Below are positions 56,801 through 64,000 of a stretch of 64,000 nucleotides of DNA, one piece after another (position 1 is the stretch's first letter; every line of letters begins with the position of its first letter). Where the stretch lies: positions 2,966 through 66,965 of the forward strand of contig NZ_JAQGNT010000062.1 of assembly GCF_028291725.1 (NCBI RefSeq), read 5' to 3'. The position numbers and the translations under genes are program-made. Under the pieces are notes generated by a model. It searched no databases and was not told where the DNA came from. It saw only the letters and a program-made list of their open reading frames with translations. This stretch comes from Hydrocarboniphaga sp. (lineage in GTDB: Bacteria > Pseudomonadota > Gammaproteobacteria > Nevskiales > Nevskiaceae).

Positions 56801-57583
56801 GATGCGAGCTACCTGGTGCTCGGCCTCGGCGATGTCTATCTCGGTGCGCCGGTCGCGACGCCTCTCGATCCGCGGCATCGCCTGGTCACGACCAAGTACA
56901 ACCCGGCGCGCACCTGGACGCCGGAGAACGCGGTCGGCATCGGCGGCGCCTACATGTGCGTCTACGGCATGGAAGGCCCGGGCGGTTACCAGTTCGTCGG
57001 CCGCACCCTGCAGATGTGGAATCGCAATGATCCGCTGCCGGCATTCGACGGCCAGCCCTATTTGCTGCGCTTCTTCGACCAGATCCGTTTCTACGAGGTC
57101 AGCGCCGAAGAACTGCTGGAGATCCGCCGCCGGTTTCCGCTGGGCCGCTACCCCCTGCGGATCGAGGAAAGCACACTGGATCTGGCCGAGTACGAAGCCT
57201 TCCTCGAGCAACAGGCTGAATCCATCGCCGCGTTCCGAGATCGTCAGCGCGCGGCCTTCAACGACGAGCGCGCACACTGGGCCGCCACCGGACTGGCCCA
57301 TTTCGAAAGCCAGGAAGCGCAGGCGGCGCCGGCCGATGCGATCGAACTCGAAGACGGCGAGCAGGGCGTGTACTCGCCGGTCGCCGGCAATCTGTGGCAG
57401 CTGCAGGCGCAGGTCGGCCAGCAGGTCGCCGCCGGCGAGGTCGTTGCGGTGCTCGAGGCGATGAAGATGGAGATCCAGGTCGTCGCGCCGGCATCCGGCC
57501 TGCTGCGCCGCTGCTTCGTGCAGCCGGGATCTTCGCTGCAGGCCGGAACACTGATGCTGACCATCGAGGAACGCGCGGCATGA
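53849..57583 (+). CDS. Urea carboxylase family enzyme, probably guanidine carboxylase (biotin carboxylase, AHS2, AHS1, biotinyl domains)
   Basis: [20 protein letters not shown], ATP-grasp [20 protein letters not shown], KipA/KipI-like allophanate-hydrolase-subunit domains, biotin site VLEAMKMEI. The upstream 109 codons of the track ORF run through REP hairpins. Confidence 0.95.
   Translation: [1244 protein letters not shown]
56161..56309. repeat. Triple-hairpin GC-rich repeat embedded in frame inside the carboxylase CDS
   Basis: ctcccccgc-ct-gcgggggag at 56161-56180. tcgcggagtggc-attg-gccactccgcga at 56193-56220. ccttcccccgc-tt-gcgggggaagg at 56286-56309. Confidence 0.8.
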
Positions 57584-59367
57584 CCCGGCAGACCCCAACG
57601 ATCGACCTGTCTTTCGACGCGCTGCGCGCCGCGTATCGCGAGCAGCGGCTGACGCCGCGCGCGCTGATGTTGCAACTGCGCGCCCGCGCGCAATCGCTGT
57701 CCGGCTACAACGTCTATATCCATCCGCTCGACGCCGCCGAACTCGAGCCCTACCTGCTCGCGCTGGAGCAGCGCCAGCCGGACGAGCTGCCGCTGTACGG
57801 GCTGCCGTTCGCGATCAAGGACAACATCGACCTCGCCGGCATCCCGACCACGGTTGCCTGCCCTGCTTATGCCTATACGCCGAGCCAGTCGGCAACGGTG
57901 GTCGCGCGCCTGATCGAACTCGGCGCGCTGCCCACCGGCAAGACCAATCTCGACCAGTTCGCGACCGGCCTGAACGGCCAGCGCTCTCCCTATGGCGGCT
58001 GCCGCAACTCGCGCGTCGCCGAATATCCCAGCGGCGGTTCCAGCTCCGGCTCGGCGCTCGCCGTCGCACTCGGCCTGGCGAGTTTCGCGCTCGGCACCGA
58101 CACCGCGGGCTCGGGCCGCATTCCGGCGGCGCTGAATCACCTGGCCGGCACCAAGCCGACGCGCGGCATCGTGTCGACGCACGGCGTGGTGCCGGCCTGC
58201 CGCAGCCTCGACTGCATCGCGTTCCTGACGCGGCAGCCGCGCGAAGCCGGCGAGCTGCTCGCGCTGACCGCGCGTATCGATCAGGCCGATGCCTACAGCC
58301 GCCGCAATCCGGCCTGGAACGCCGCGCGCCATGCCGGTGCCGCGGGATCATTCCGTTTCGGCATTCCGGCGGCGCCGGAATGGCTGGATTGCCGCGAAGC
58401 ACCGCGCCTGTTTGCCAGCGCAAGGGCGGCGCTGGAATCACTCGGCGGTGTTGCCGTCGAAATCGATTTTGCGCCGTTCATGGCGGCGGCACGGCTGCTC
58501 TACGAAGGCCCGTATGCCGCCGAGCGCTATGCCGCGTTCGGCGACATGATCGAGCGCGATCCGCAGGCGGTGCTGCCGGTGATCCGCCAGATCGTCGCGC
58601 CGTCACGCGACACCAGCGCCGCGACGCTGTTCCAGAGCCAGCATCGTCTGCAGGCACTGAAAGCCGAGTGCGATCGTGCGATCGACGGCCTCGATTTCGT
58701 GATGACGCCGACCTATGCACGCGCGCCGACGATTGCCGAACTCCAGGCCGAGCCGGTGCTGCGCAACAGCGAACTCGGCCTGTACACCAACTTCATGAAC
58801 CTGCTCGACTACGCGGCGGTCGCGACGCCGGCCGGCTTTCTGGCCAACGGCCTGCCTTGGGGCGTGACCCTGTTCGGCCGCGCCTTCACCGACCAGTATC
58901 TGATCGGCAGCGCGCAGTCGCTGTCGGATGCCTTGTTCGCAACCGCGGCCGCAAGTCCGATCGCGACCATTGCCAGCGACCGCGCCCGCGTCGTCGTCTG
59001 CGGCGCTCATCTGCAAGGCCTGCCGCTGAATCACCAGCTGCTGACTCGCGGCGCGCGGCTGATCGAGAAAACCCTGTCGGCGCCGAACTACCGGCTCTAT
59101 GCGCTGGCCGGCGGTCCGATCAAGCGGCCCGCGATGCTGCGCAGCGACACCGGCGGCGCCGCGATCGAAGTCGAAGTCTGGGAGCTGCCGAGCGCCGAAC
59201 TCGGCTCGTTCCTGACCGGGATTCCGGCACCGCTGGGGCTGGGCAAGCTGCAGCTGGCCGACGGGAGCTGGGAAACCGGCTTCATCTGCGAAAGCAGCGG
59301 TCTGGCCGGCGCCGAAGACATCACCGCTTTCGGCGGCTGGCGCGCCTGGCTGTCGGCGCGCATCTGA
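57580..59367 (+). CDS. Allophanate hydrolase (amidase signature family)
   Basis: FAIKDNIDLAGIPTTVACPAY, GGSSSGSA amidase signature, and C-terminal AtzF-type domain. ATGA overlap with the carboxylase. Confidence 0.9.
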   Translation: MTRQTPTIDLSFDALRAAYREQRLTPRALMLQLRARAQSLSGYNVYIHPLDAAELEPYLLALEQRQPDELPLYGLPFAIKDNIDLAGIPTTVACPAYAYTPSQSATVVARLIELGALPTGKTNLDQFATGLNGQRSPYGGCRNSRVAEYPSGGSSSGSALAVALGLASFALGTDTAGSGRIPAALNHLAGTKPTRGIVSTHGVVPACRSLDCIAFLTRQPREAGELLALTARIDQADAYSRRNPAWNAARHAGAAGSFRFGIPAAPEWLDCREAPRLFASARAALESLGGVAVEIDFAPFMAAARLLYEGPYAAERYAAFGDMIERDPQAVLPVIRQIVAPSRDTSAATLFQSQHRLQALKAECDRAIDGLDFVMTPTYARAPTIAELQAEPVLRNSELGLYTNFMNLLDYAAVATPAGFLANGLPWGVTLFGRAFTDQYLIGSAQSLSDALFATAAASPIATIASDRARVVVCGAHLQGLPLNHQLLTRGARLIEKTLSAPNYRLYALAGGPIKRPAMLRSDTGGAAIEVEVWELPSAELGSFLTGIPAPLGLGKLQLADGSWETGFICESSGLAGAEDITAFGGWRAWLSARI

Positions 59368-59407
59368 GTTGGAAGCGGTGAGAGCACGATGCGCCTGTGG
59401 GATTCAC

Positions 59408-59476
59408 GTCGGCAAAGGATTGCCGATCTACGAGTCGGACGCGCGCCCAGTTGTAGGTCGGCAATCCTTTGCCGAC
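59408..59476. repeat. REP family 1 pair in tail-to-tail orientation
   Basis: gtcggcaaaggattgccgatctac at 59408-59431 and gtaggtcggcaatcctttgccgac at 59453-59476. Confidence 0.9.
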
Positions 59477-59491
59477 GTGCCAGGCCGAGCT

Positions 59492-60439
59492 TCAGCTGCG
59501 CCTGATCGCTTCCAGCTGTTGCGAAAATTCCAGCAGACTCGCCGGCTGCATCAGCCCGGCCGGCGGCTGTGCACTCGGCAGCGCGGCGCCGATATGGAAA
59601 ATCGTCGGCTCCGCGCCGATGGCGCCGCGCAGCTTCGCCAAGGCCGGCTCGCAGGCTGCAGCGTCCGATGCCGAACTCAGCAACACCGCATTGGCATTGC
59701 GTTGCTGCGCAATAAACGCCAGCTCGTCGATCGGCATCGACGGCCCGACGTAGATCACGTCCCAGCCGGCGCGGCTGGCGGTAACCGCCGCCATCATCGC
59801 GCCGAGTTCCTGCAACTCCCCCGGCGCTGTCGATACGACGACGCTCGACGACCAGGGCGCGGCGCCGCAGCTGGCGAGCAGATCGCCGAGATAGCTGCGC
59901 AGATAGGCCGCGGCGAAGCGCTGGTGCGCAAGCCGCAGCTTGCCGCTGCGAACCTGTGCGGCGATCTCGGCCGCCAGCACGCCGACGAATTCATCGAACA
60001 GCTCAGGCACGCTCAGCGTGCGCGTCGCCTGCAGCAGGGCCTGCGCAAAACCGGCGCCGTCGAGCGCACGCGCGGCATCGAGCGTGACTTCAACCAGCCG
60101 CGCCCGCGGCAGCGGGATGCGCGGCGAGGCCTCGACACCCGGCAAGGTATCGCGGCCCACCAGCGCGCGCAGCTCTTCCATCGGCAGCCGTGCGATCTCG
60201 CCGATACGATGACCCAGCTCGACAGCCTGGCGCAGCAGCACCAGGCGGCGCACTTCCCAGTCGGAATAGAGCCGGCGCGATTTGGATGTGCGCTCGGGCG
60301 TGATCGCCGAATAGCGGCGCTCCCAGGCACGGATCACATGCGCCGAAAGGCCCGAGCGGCGCGCCGCCACATTGATCGGGCAGCGCGGAACTTCGGTAGG
60401 CAGCCTCGTCGCCAGCCCACCTTGCTTATGGTCGTCCAT
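59492..60439 (-). CDS. MerR-family regulator with C-terminal B12-binding-like domain (CarH/LitR architecture, degenerate cofactor motifs)
   Basis: MerR HTH INVAARRSGLSAHVIRAWERRYSAITPERTSKSRRLYSDWEV. C-terminal Rossmann-like VVVSTAPGELQELGAMMAAVTASRAGWDVIYVGPSMP. Start at MDDHKQ (60439). Confidence 0.8.
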   Translation of the reverse strand: MDDHKQGGLATRLPTEVPRCPINVAARRSGLSAHVIRAWERRYSAITPERTSKSRRLYSDWEVRRLVLLRQAVELGHRIGEIARLPMEELRALVGRDTLPGVEASPRIPLPRARLVEVTLDAARALDGAGFAQALLQATRTLSVPELFDEFVGVLAAEIAAQVRSGKLRLAHQRFAAAYLRSYLGDLLASCGAAPWSSSVVVSTAPGELQELGAMMAAVTASRAGWDVIYVGPSMPIDELAFIAQQRNANAVLLSSASDAAACEPALAKLRGAIGAEPTIFHIGAALPSAQPPAGLMQPASLLEFSQQLEAIRRS

Positions 60440-60632
60440 GACGCCTCTTTGTCTAGATCGTGTCTGGAGTCTGACAAGCCAAGCTGAACCTAAATTGAGC
60501 CCGTCCAGCCTGGCCTTGGGTTCACTGACAGGCCAGCCGGCGGCGGCTATGCTCGCGCGTTGTTCAGCTTGCCCACCGTTTCCGCACCGTTTCTGCGTCC
60601 TCACCAGTCCCTGCCCGGGAAAAGGCTTGCCG

Positions 60633-61982
60633 ATGGCATCGAGCGCTGCCGAATCGCGTCTGACCCGCTTGCGCGAGGCCCTGGACGGCGGCCGCCTGCT
60701 GCCGGTGAAACGCTCGCTGGCGGCGCTGAATCCGGCCGAGATCGCGGACCTGCTCGCGGCCCTGCCCTGGGCCGAGCGCAAGCTGGTCTGGGACATGGTC
60801 GCCCCGGAAGACGACGGCGAAGTATTGCTGCACTTGCCCGAAGGCGTGCGCGACAACCTGATGCGCGACATGGACACCGACGAGCTGGTGGCGGCGGCCG
60901 GCGAACTCGACATCGACGATCTCGCCGACTTCGTCGAGCACCTGCCGGAGACCGTCGCGCAGCAGGTGATGCTGGCGCTGGACGCCGACGACCGCACGCG
61001 GCTCGAGTCGGTGCTGGCCTTCGAGCCCGACACCGCCGGCGGCCTGATGAACACCGACACGGTGACGGTACGGCCCGACGTGTCGCTGGAAGTGGTGCAG
61101 CGCTATCTGCGCCGGCGCGGCGATCTGCCCTCGCATACCGACGCGCTGTTCGTGGTCGACCGCTACGGCGGCTACCTGGGCACACTGAGCCTGGACAAGC
61201 TGCTGACGCGGCCCGAGGACCATCTGGTGGCGCAGGTCATGGACCGCTCGCGCGAAGCGCTGCCGGTGACGATGAAGGCGCGCGAAGTGTCGCAGCGCTT
61301 CCAGAGTTCGGATCTGGTATCGGCGCCGGTGGTCACGCCCGGTGACGGCCGACTGGTCGGCCGCATCACCATCGACGACGTCGTCGACGTGATCCGCGCC
61401 GATGCGCAGCACGACTGGCTGTCGATGGCTGGCCTCAACCAGGAAGAGGATCTGTTCGCGCCGGTGCGGCCGGCCGCGCGCCGCCGCGCGGTCTGGCTGG
61501 GTATCAACCTGGTCACCGCGTTCGCGGCGTCCTACGTGGTCGGCCAGTTCGAGGCGACGATCACCCAGATCGTCGCGCTGGCGGTGCTGATGCCGGTGGT
61601 CGCGAGCATGGGCGGCATCGCCGGCAGCCAGACGCTGACCCTGATGATCCGCGGCTACGCGCTCAACCAGATCGGCGGCGGCAATACGCTGTGGCTGCTG
61701 CGCAAGGAAATCCTGGTCGCGCTGATGAACGGCGTGCTGTGGGCCGTGGTCGTCGCGATCATCGCGTACTTCTGGTTCCACAGTTTCATGCTCGCCCTGG
61801 TGGTCGGCATGGCGATGCTGGCGAATCAGGCGATCGCGGCCCTGGTCGGCGTGTTCGTGCCGGTGACGCTGAAGAAGCTCGGCGTCGACCCGGCACTCGC
61901 TGGCAGCGTGGTGCTGACCACGTTCACCGACGTCTGCGGATTTTTCTGCCTGCTGGGGCTGGGAACGCTGATTTTGATGTGA
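60633..61982 (+). CDS. mgtE: Magnesium transporter MgtE
   Basis: MgtE_N (LNPAEIADLLAALP), CBS pair (GGLMNTDTVTVRPDVSLEVV...), TM domain PVVASMGGIAGSQT...TTFTDVCGFF. Confidence 0.9.
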   Translation: MASSAAESRLTRLREALDGGRLLPVKRSLAALNPAEIADLLAALPWAERKLVWDMVAPEDDGEVLLHLPEGVRDNLMRDMDTDELVAAAGELDIDDLADFVEHLPETVAQQVMLALDADDRTRLESVLAFEPDTAGGLMNTDTVTVRPDVSLEVVQRYLRRRGDLPSHTDALFVVDRYGGYLGTLSLDKLLTRPEDHLVAQVMDRSREALPVTMKAREVSQRFQSSDLVSAPVVTPGDGRLVGRITIDDVVDVIRADAQHDWLSMAGLNQEEDLFAPVRPAARRRAVWLGINLVTAFAASYVVGQFEATITQIVALAVLMPVVASMGGIAGSQTLTLMIRGYALNQIGGGNTLWLLRKEILVALMNGVLWAVVVAIIAYFWFHSFMLALVVGMAMLANQAIAALVGVFVPVTLKKLGVDPALAGSVVLTTFTDVCGFFCLLGLGTLILM

Positions 61983-61988
61983 TCGATG

Positions 61989-62067
61989 CGTGGGGTTCGC
62001 TGCGCTCACCCCAACCTACGAAATGCCGAAGATCGTGTAGGTTGGGGTGAGCAAAGCGAACCCCAAC
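61989..62067. repeat. REP family 2 pair (tail-to-tail orientation)
   Basis: cgtggggttcgctgcgctcaccccaacctac at 61989-62019 and gtaggttggggtgagcaaagcgaaccccaac at 62037-62067. Confidence 0.9.
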
Positions 62068-62083
62068 ACTCTCACAACGAAAC

Positions 62084-63439
62084 CTATTCACCCGCGAGCT
62101 GCAGCCCGTCGATCAGCACCGAGCCGCAGCGAACATTGGCGCGCGTATCGACATCGGCGCCGAGCACGCGAATGCGCCGGTACATCTCGAGCAGGTTGCC
62201 GGCGATGGTCACGTTCTCGACCGGATACGCGATCTCGCCGTTCTCGACCCAGAACCCGGCCGCGCCTCGCGAATAATCACCGGTGACGCCGTTGACGCCC
62301 TGGCCCATCAGTTCGGTCACCAGCAGGCCCTCGCCCATCTCCCTGATCAGCTGCTCGTAGCCCAGTTCGCCATGACTCGCGACCAGGTTGTAGACGCCGC
62401 CGGCGTTGCCGGTGGTTTCCAGCCCGAGCTTGCGCGCCGAATAGCTGCCGAGCAGCCAGCCGCGCAGCACGCCGGCTTCGACCAGATGGCGCTGCGCGGT
62501 CGCCACGCCCTCCTGATCGAACGAGCTGCTGGACGAGCCGCCGCGGATGAAGGGCTGCTGCTCCAGCGTGACGATGTCCGAGAACACCGGCTGGTCCAGG
62601 TGCTCGAGCAGGAAGCTGGCGCGACGATACAGCGCGCCGCCGGAGATCGCGCCGATGAAATGGCCGAACAGGCCGCGCGCCTGCTGCGGCACGAACATCA
62701 CCGGCACGGTGCGGGTCGACAGACGTTTTGCGCCCAGCCTTGCAATCGTGCGCTCACCGGCGCGGCGGCCGATCGCCTCCGCGGTATCGAGCAGCTGCGC
62801 ATTGCGGCCGCCGTCGTACCAGTAGTCGCGCTGCATGTTGCCGGCCGGATCGGCGGCGATCACCGCGCAGGACAGCGAGTGCTGGGTGCCGCTGCGGCGG
62901 CCGACGAAGCCATGGCTGTTGGCATAGATAGACACGCCGCGCTGGGTCGACAGGCCCGAGCCTTCGCTCTGGGTGATGCGCGCATCCACAGCCAGCGCCG
63001 CCGCCTCGCAGGCGCGCGCCATCTCGATCGCCTGGTCCGGCGTCACGTCCCAGGGATGATCCAGCGACAGATCGGGGAATTGGGTCGCCAGGCGAGCACG
63101 ATCGGCGAGCCCGGAGAACGGATCTTCCTCGGTAACGCCGGCGATCGCGCAGGCGGCTTCCATCGCCTGGCGGATGCCGGAGTCGGACAGATCGCCGGTC
63201 GATGCACTGCCCTTGCGATGCCCGAAGTAGACCGTCAACGACAGCCCGCGATCACGCTGGAACTCCAGGCTCTCGACCTCGCTCTTGCGCACACTGACGG
63301 AGAGACCGCGGGAGTGCGAGAGGCTGGCCTCGGCCTGCGTCGCGCCAGCAGCCTTGGCGGCGTCGAGCACGCGCAGCACCAGCGGCTCCAGATCGGCGGA
63401 AAGCGGGAGACCATCGGAGGGTGTCAGGGCGGGTGACAT
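62084..63439 (-). CDS. pmbA: PmbA/TldE metalloprotease-associated protein (TldD/PmbA family)
   Basis: 451 aa from MSPALTPS. ...GATQAEASLSHSRGLSVSVRKSEVESLEF...GGVYNLV...VTGDYSRGAAGFWVENGEIAYPV. No HExxxH, so PmbA rather than TldD. Confidence 0.9.
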   Translation of the reverse strand: MSPALTPSDGLPLSADLEPLVLRVLDAAKAAGATQAEASLSHSRGLSVSVRKSEVESLEFQRDRGLSLTVYFGHRKGSASTGDLSDSGIRQAMEAACAIAGVTEEDPFSGLADRARLATQFPDLSLDHPWDVTPDQAIEMARACEAAALAVDARITQSEGSGLSTQRGVSIYANSHGFVGRRSGTQHSLSCAVIAADPAGNMQRDYWYDGGRNAQLLDTAEAIGRRAGERTIARLGAKRLSTRTVPVMFVPQQARGLFGHFIGAISGGALYRRASFLLEHLDQPVFSDIVTLEQQPFIRGGSSSSSFDQEGVATAQRHLVEAGVLRGWLLGSYSARKLGLETTGNAGGVYNLVASHGELGYEQLIREMGEGLLVTELMGQGVNGVTGDYSRGAAGFWVENGEIAYPVENVTIAGNLLEMYRRIRVLGADVDTRANVRCGSVLIDGLQLAGE

Positions 63440-63609
63440 GGCGGCAAGAGTTCGTCGGCAGCGGAGCAGACGCCAGCTTATCACCGGGAAACTATTCAGC
63501 CCGGAGCAAGCCACGAAGTCCATCGTGTCGCGGCGCTTGAATCTTGATCGCTCGGCGGGACAAAGATCCCGGTACTACACATCCACAAAATCCACAAAGG
63601 AGCAAGCCC

Positions 63610-63939
63610 ATGAATCATCGCATCGCCATTACCGTCGCCGCTCTCAGCCTGATGGCGGCGTCCGCCGGCCCCGCGTTCGCTGGCGACGACCGCTTGGAGA
63701 ATCAGGCCGAAGCGCGCCAGGACCTGCGTGAGAACCAGCAGCAGAACCGCAAGGAACTGAATCAGAAGATTCAGGAAGAAAAGAAGAACGATCCGAACTT
63801 CAGCCATCAGGACGCGGCCGCCGCCCGGCATGCCCAGGACGAACGCATGCAGGACAAGCGCCAGAATTTGAGGGAGAAACAGCAGGACGCCCGCCAGAAC
63901 GATCGCCAGGAAGCCAAAGACGCCAAAGACAAAAACTGA
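63610..63939 (+). CDS. hypothetical secreted, highly charged low-complexity protein (109 aa)
   Basis: AGGAG RBS. Signal peptide MNHRIAITVAALSLMAASAGPAFA. Mature part is rich in Q/E/K/R/D/N repeats. Confidence 0.55.
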   Translation: MNHRIAITVAALSLMAASAGPAFAGDDRLENQAEARQDLRENQQQNRKELNQKIQEEKKNDPNFSHQDAAAARHAQDERMQDKRQNLREKQQDARQNDRQEAKDAKDKN

Positions 63940-64000
63940 TGTGGTCGCGCGGCATCCCGGGTCGCGGATGCGTCCGCGATCACGACAGCGATCACGACAG

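Noticed and set aside
55592-57598. 668-aa minus-strand ORF, and 53792..55207 (471 aa)
   Set aside because: Both are antisense to the carboxylase gene, which has unambiguous biotin carboxylase, AHS and biotinyl motifs. The translations are low-complexity and Arg/Ala-rich.
59369-60487. 372-aa + strand ORF starting with ...IHVGKGLPIYES
   Set aside because: It begins inside a REP pair (the VGKGLP peptide is the translated REP unit) and then runs antisense to the MerR-family gene.
60440-60632. Mg2+ (M-box) or other riboswitch in the mgtE leader
   Set aside because: I could not recognise conserved M-box blocks or a terminator/anti-terminator arrangement. Only short palindromes (ttgtc...gacaa) are present, and these more likely belong to the divergent MerR-type promoter region.
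60564-62009. 481-aa minus-strand ORF
   Set aside because: It is antisense to mgtE and has no motifs. It is His/Arg/Asp/Gln-rich, mirroring the coding strand.

Overview
High-GC (about 65-67%) proteobacterial chromosomal segment, probably gammaproteobacterial. It is densely coding, with about 55 CDSs I can support. I saw no rRNA, tRNA, CRISPR array, transposase, integrase or phage genes. Blocks in order: (1) gabD-type aldehyde dehydrogenase and a YCII protein. (2) An AraC regulator divergent from a GMC alcohol dehydrogenase and a single-ORF Baeyer-Villiger monooxygenase-esterase fusion. (3) tex. (4) Decayed LysR and SDR remnants plus an AT-rich spacer carrying a small secreted protein. (5) An orphan PBP2 (mrdA), then a half-cyclase/FHA pair. 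(6) VOC, YceI, GST and DUF1428 genes. (7) An OmpR-type two-component system. (8) A Pat-type protein acetyltransferase and an HDAC-type deacetylase in one operon. (9) Rhomboid, DUF748, polytopic patatin, EgtB-like and dodecin genes. (10) An elaB/yqjD-yqjE-yqjK-like cluster. (11) An orphan sigma-54 response regulator with a divergent terminator-bounded candidate sRNA. (12) A tightly packed operon from 33.6 to 42.0 kb: class-III aminotransferase, PHP-GT4 fusion, PSD-like decarboxylase, DUF962, decayed hydrolase, GNAT and MGDG-synthase-like GT28. This looks like an uncharacterised membrane lipid or glycolipid head-group pathway and is my best candidate for a novel system. (13) A TetR-TolC-MFP-RND-CoA-transferase efflux operon containing a relic MFP 3-prime end. 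(14) A nested-palindrome MITE-like element next to a clear guanidine-I (ykkC) riboswitch. The riboswitch heads an ABC transporter, DUF1989 x2, urea(guanidine) carboxylase and allophanate hydrolase operon. (15) A MerR regulator with a degenerate B12-binding domain, mgtE, pmbA and a charged secreted protein. At least four REP families with GTAG heads are scattered through the window. A separate GC-rich triple-hairpin repeat sits in frame inside the carboxylase gene. Many long Arg/Ala/Gly-rich ORFs in the track are antisense artefacts of high GC and were rejected. All calls rest on motif recognition by eye; no database search was run.
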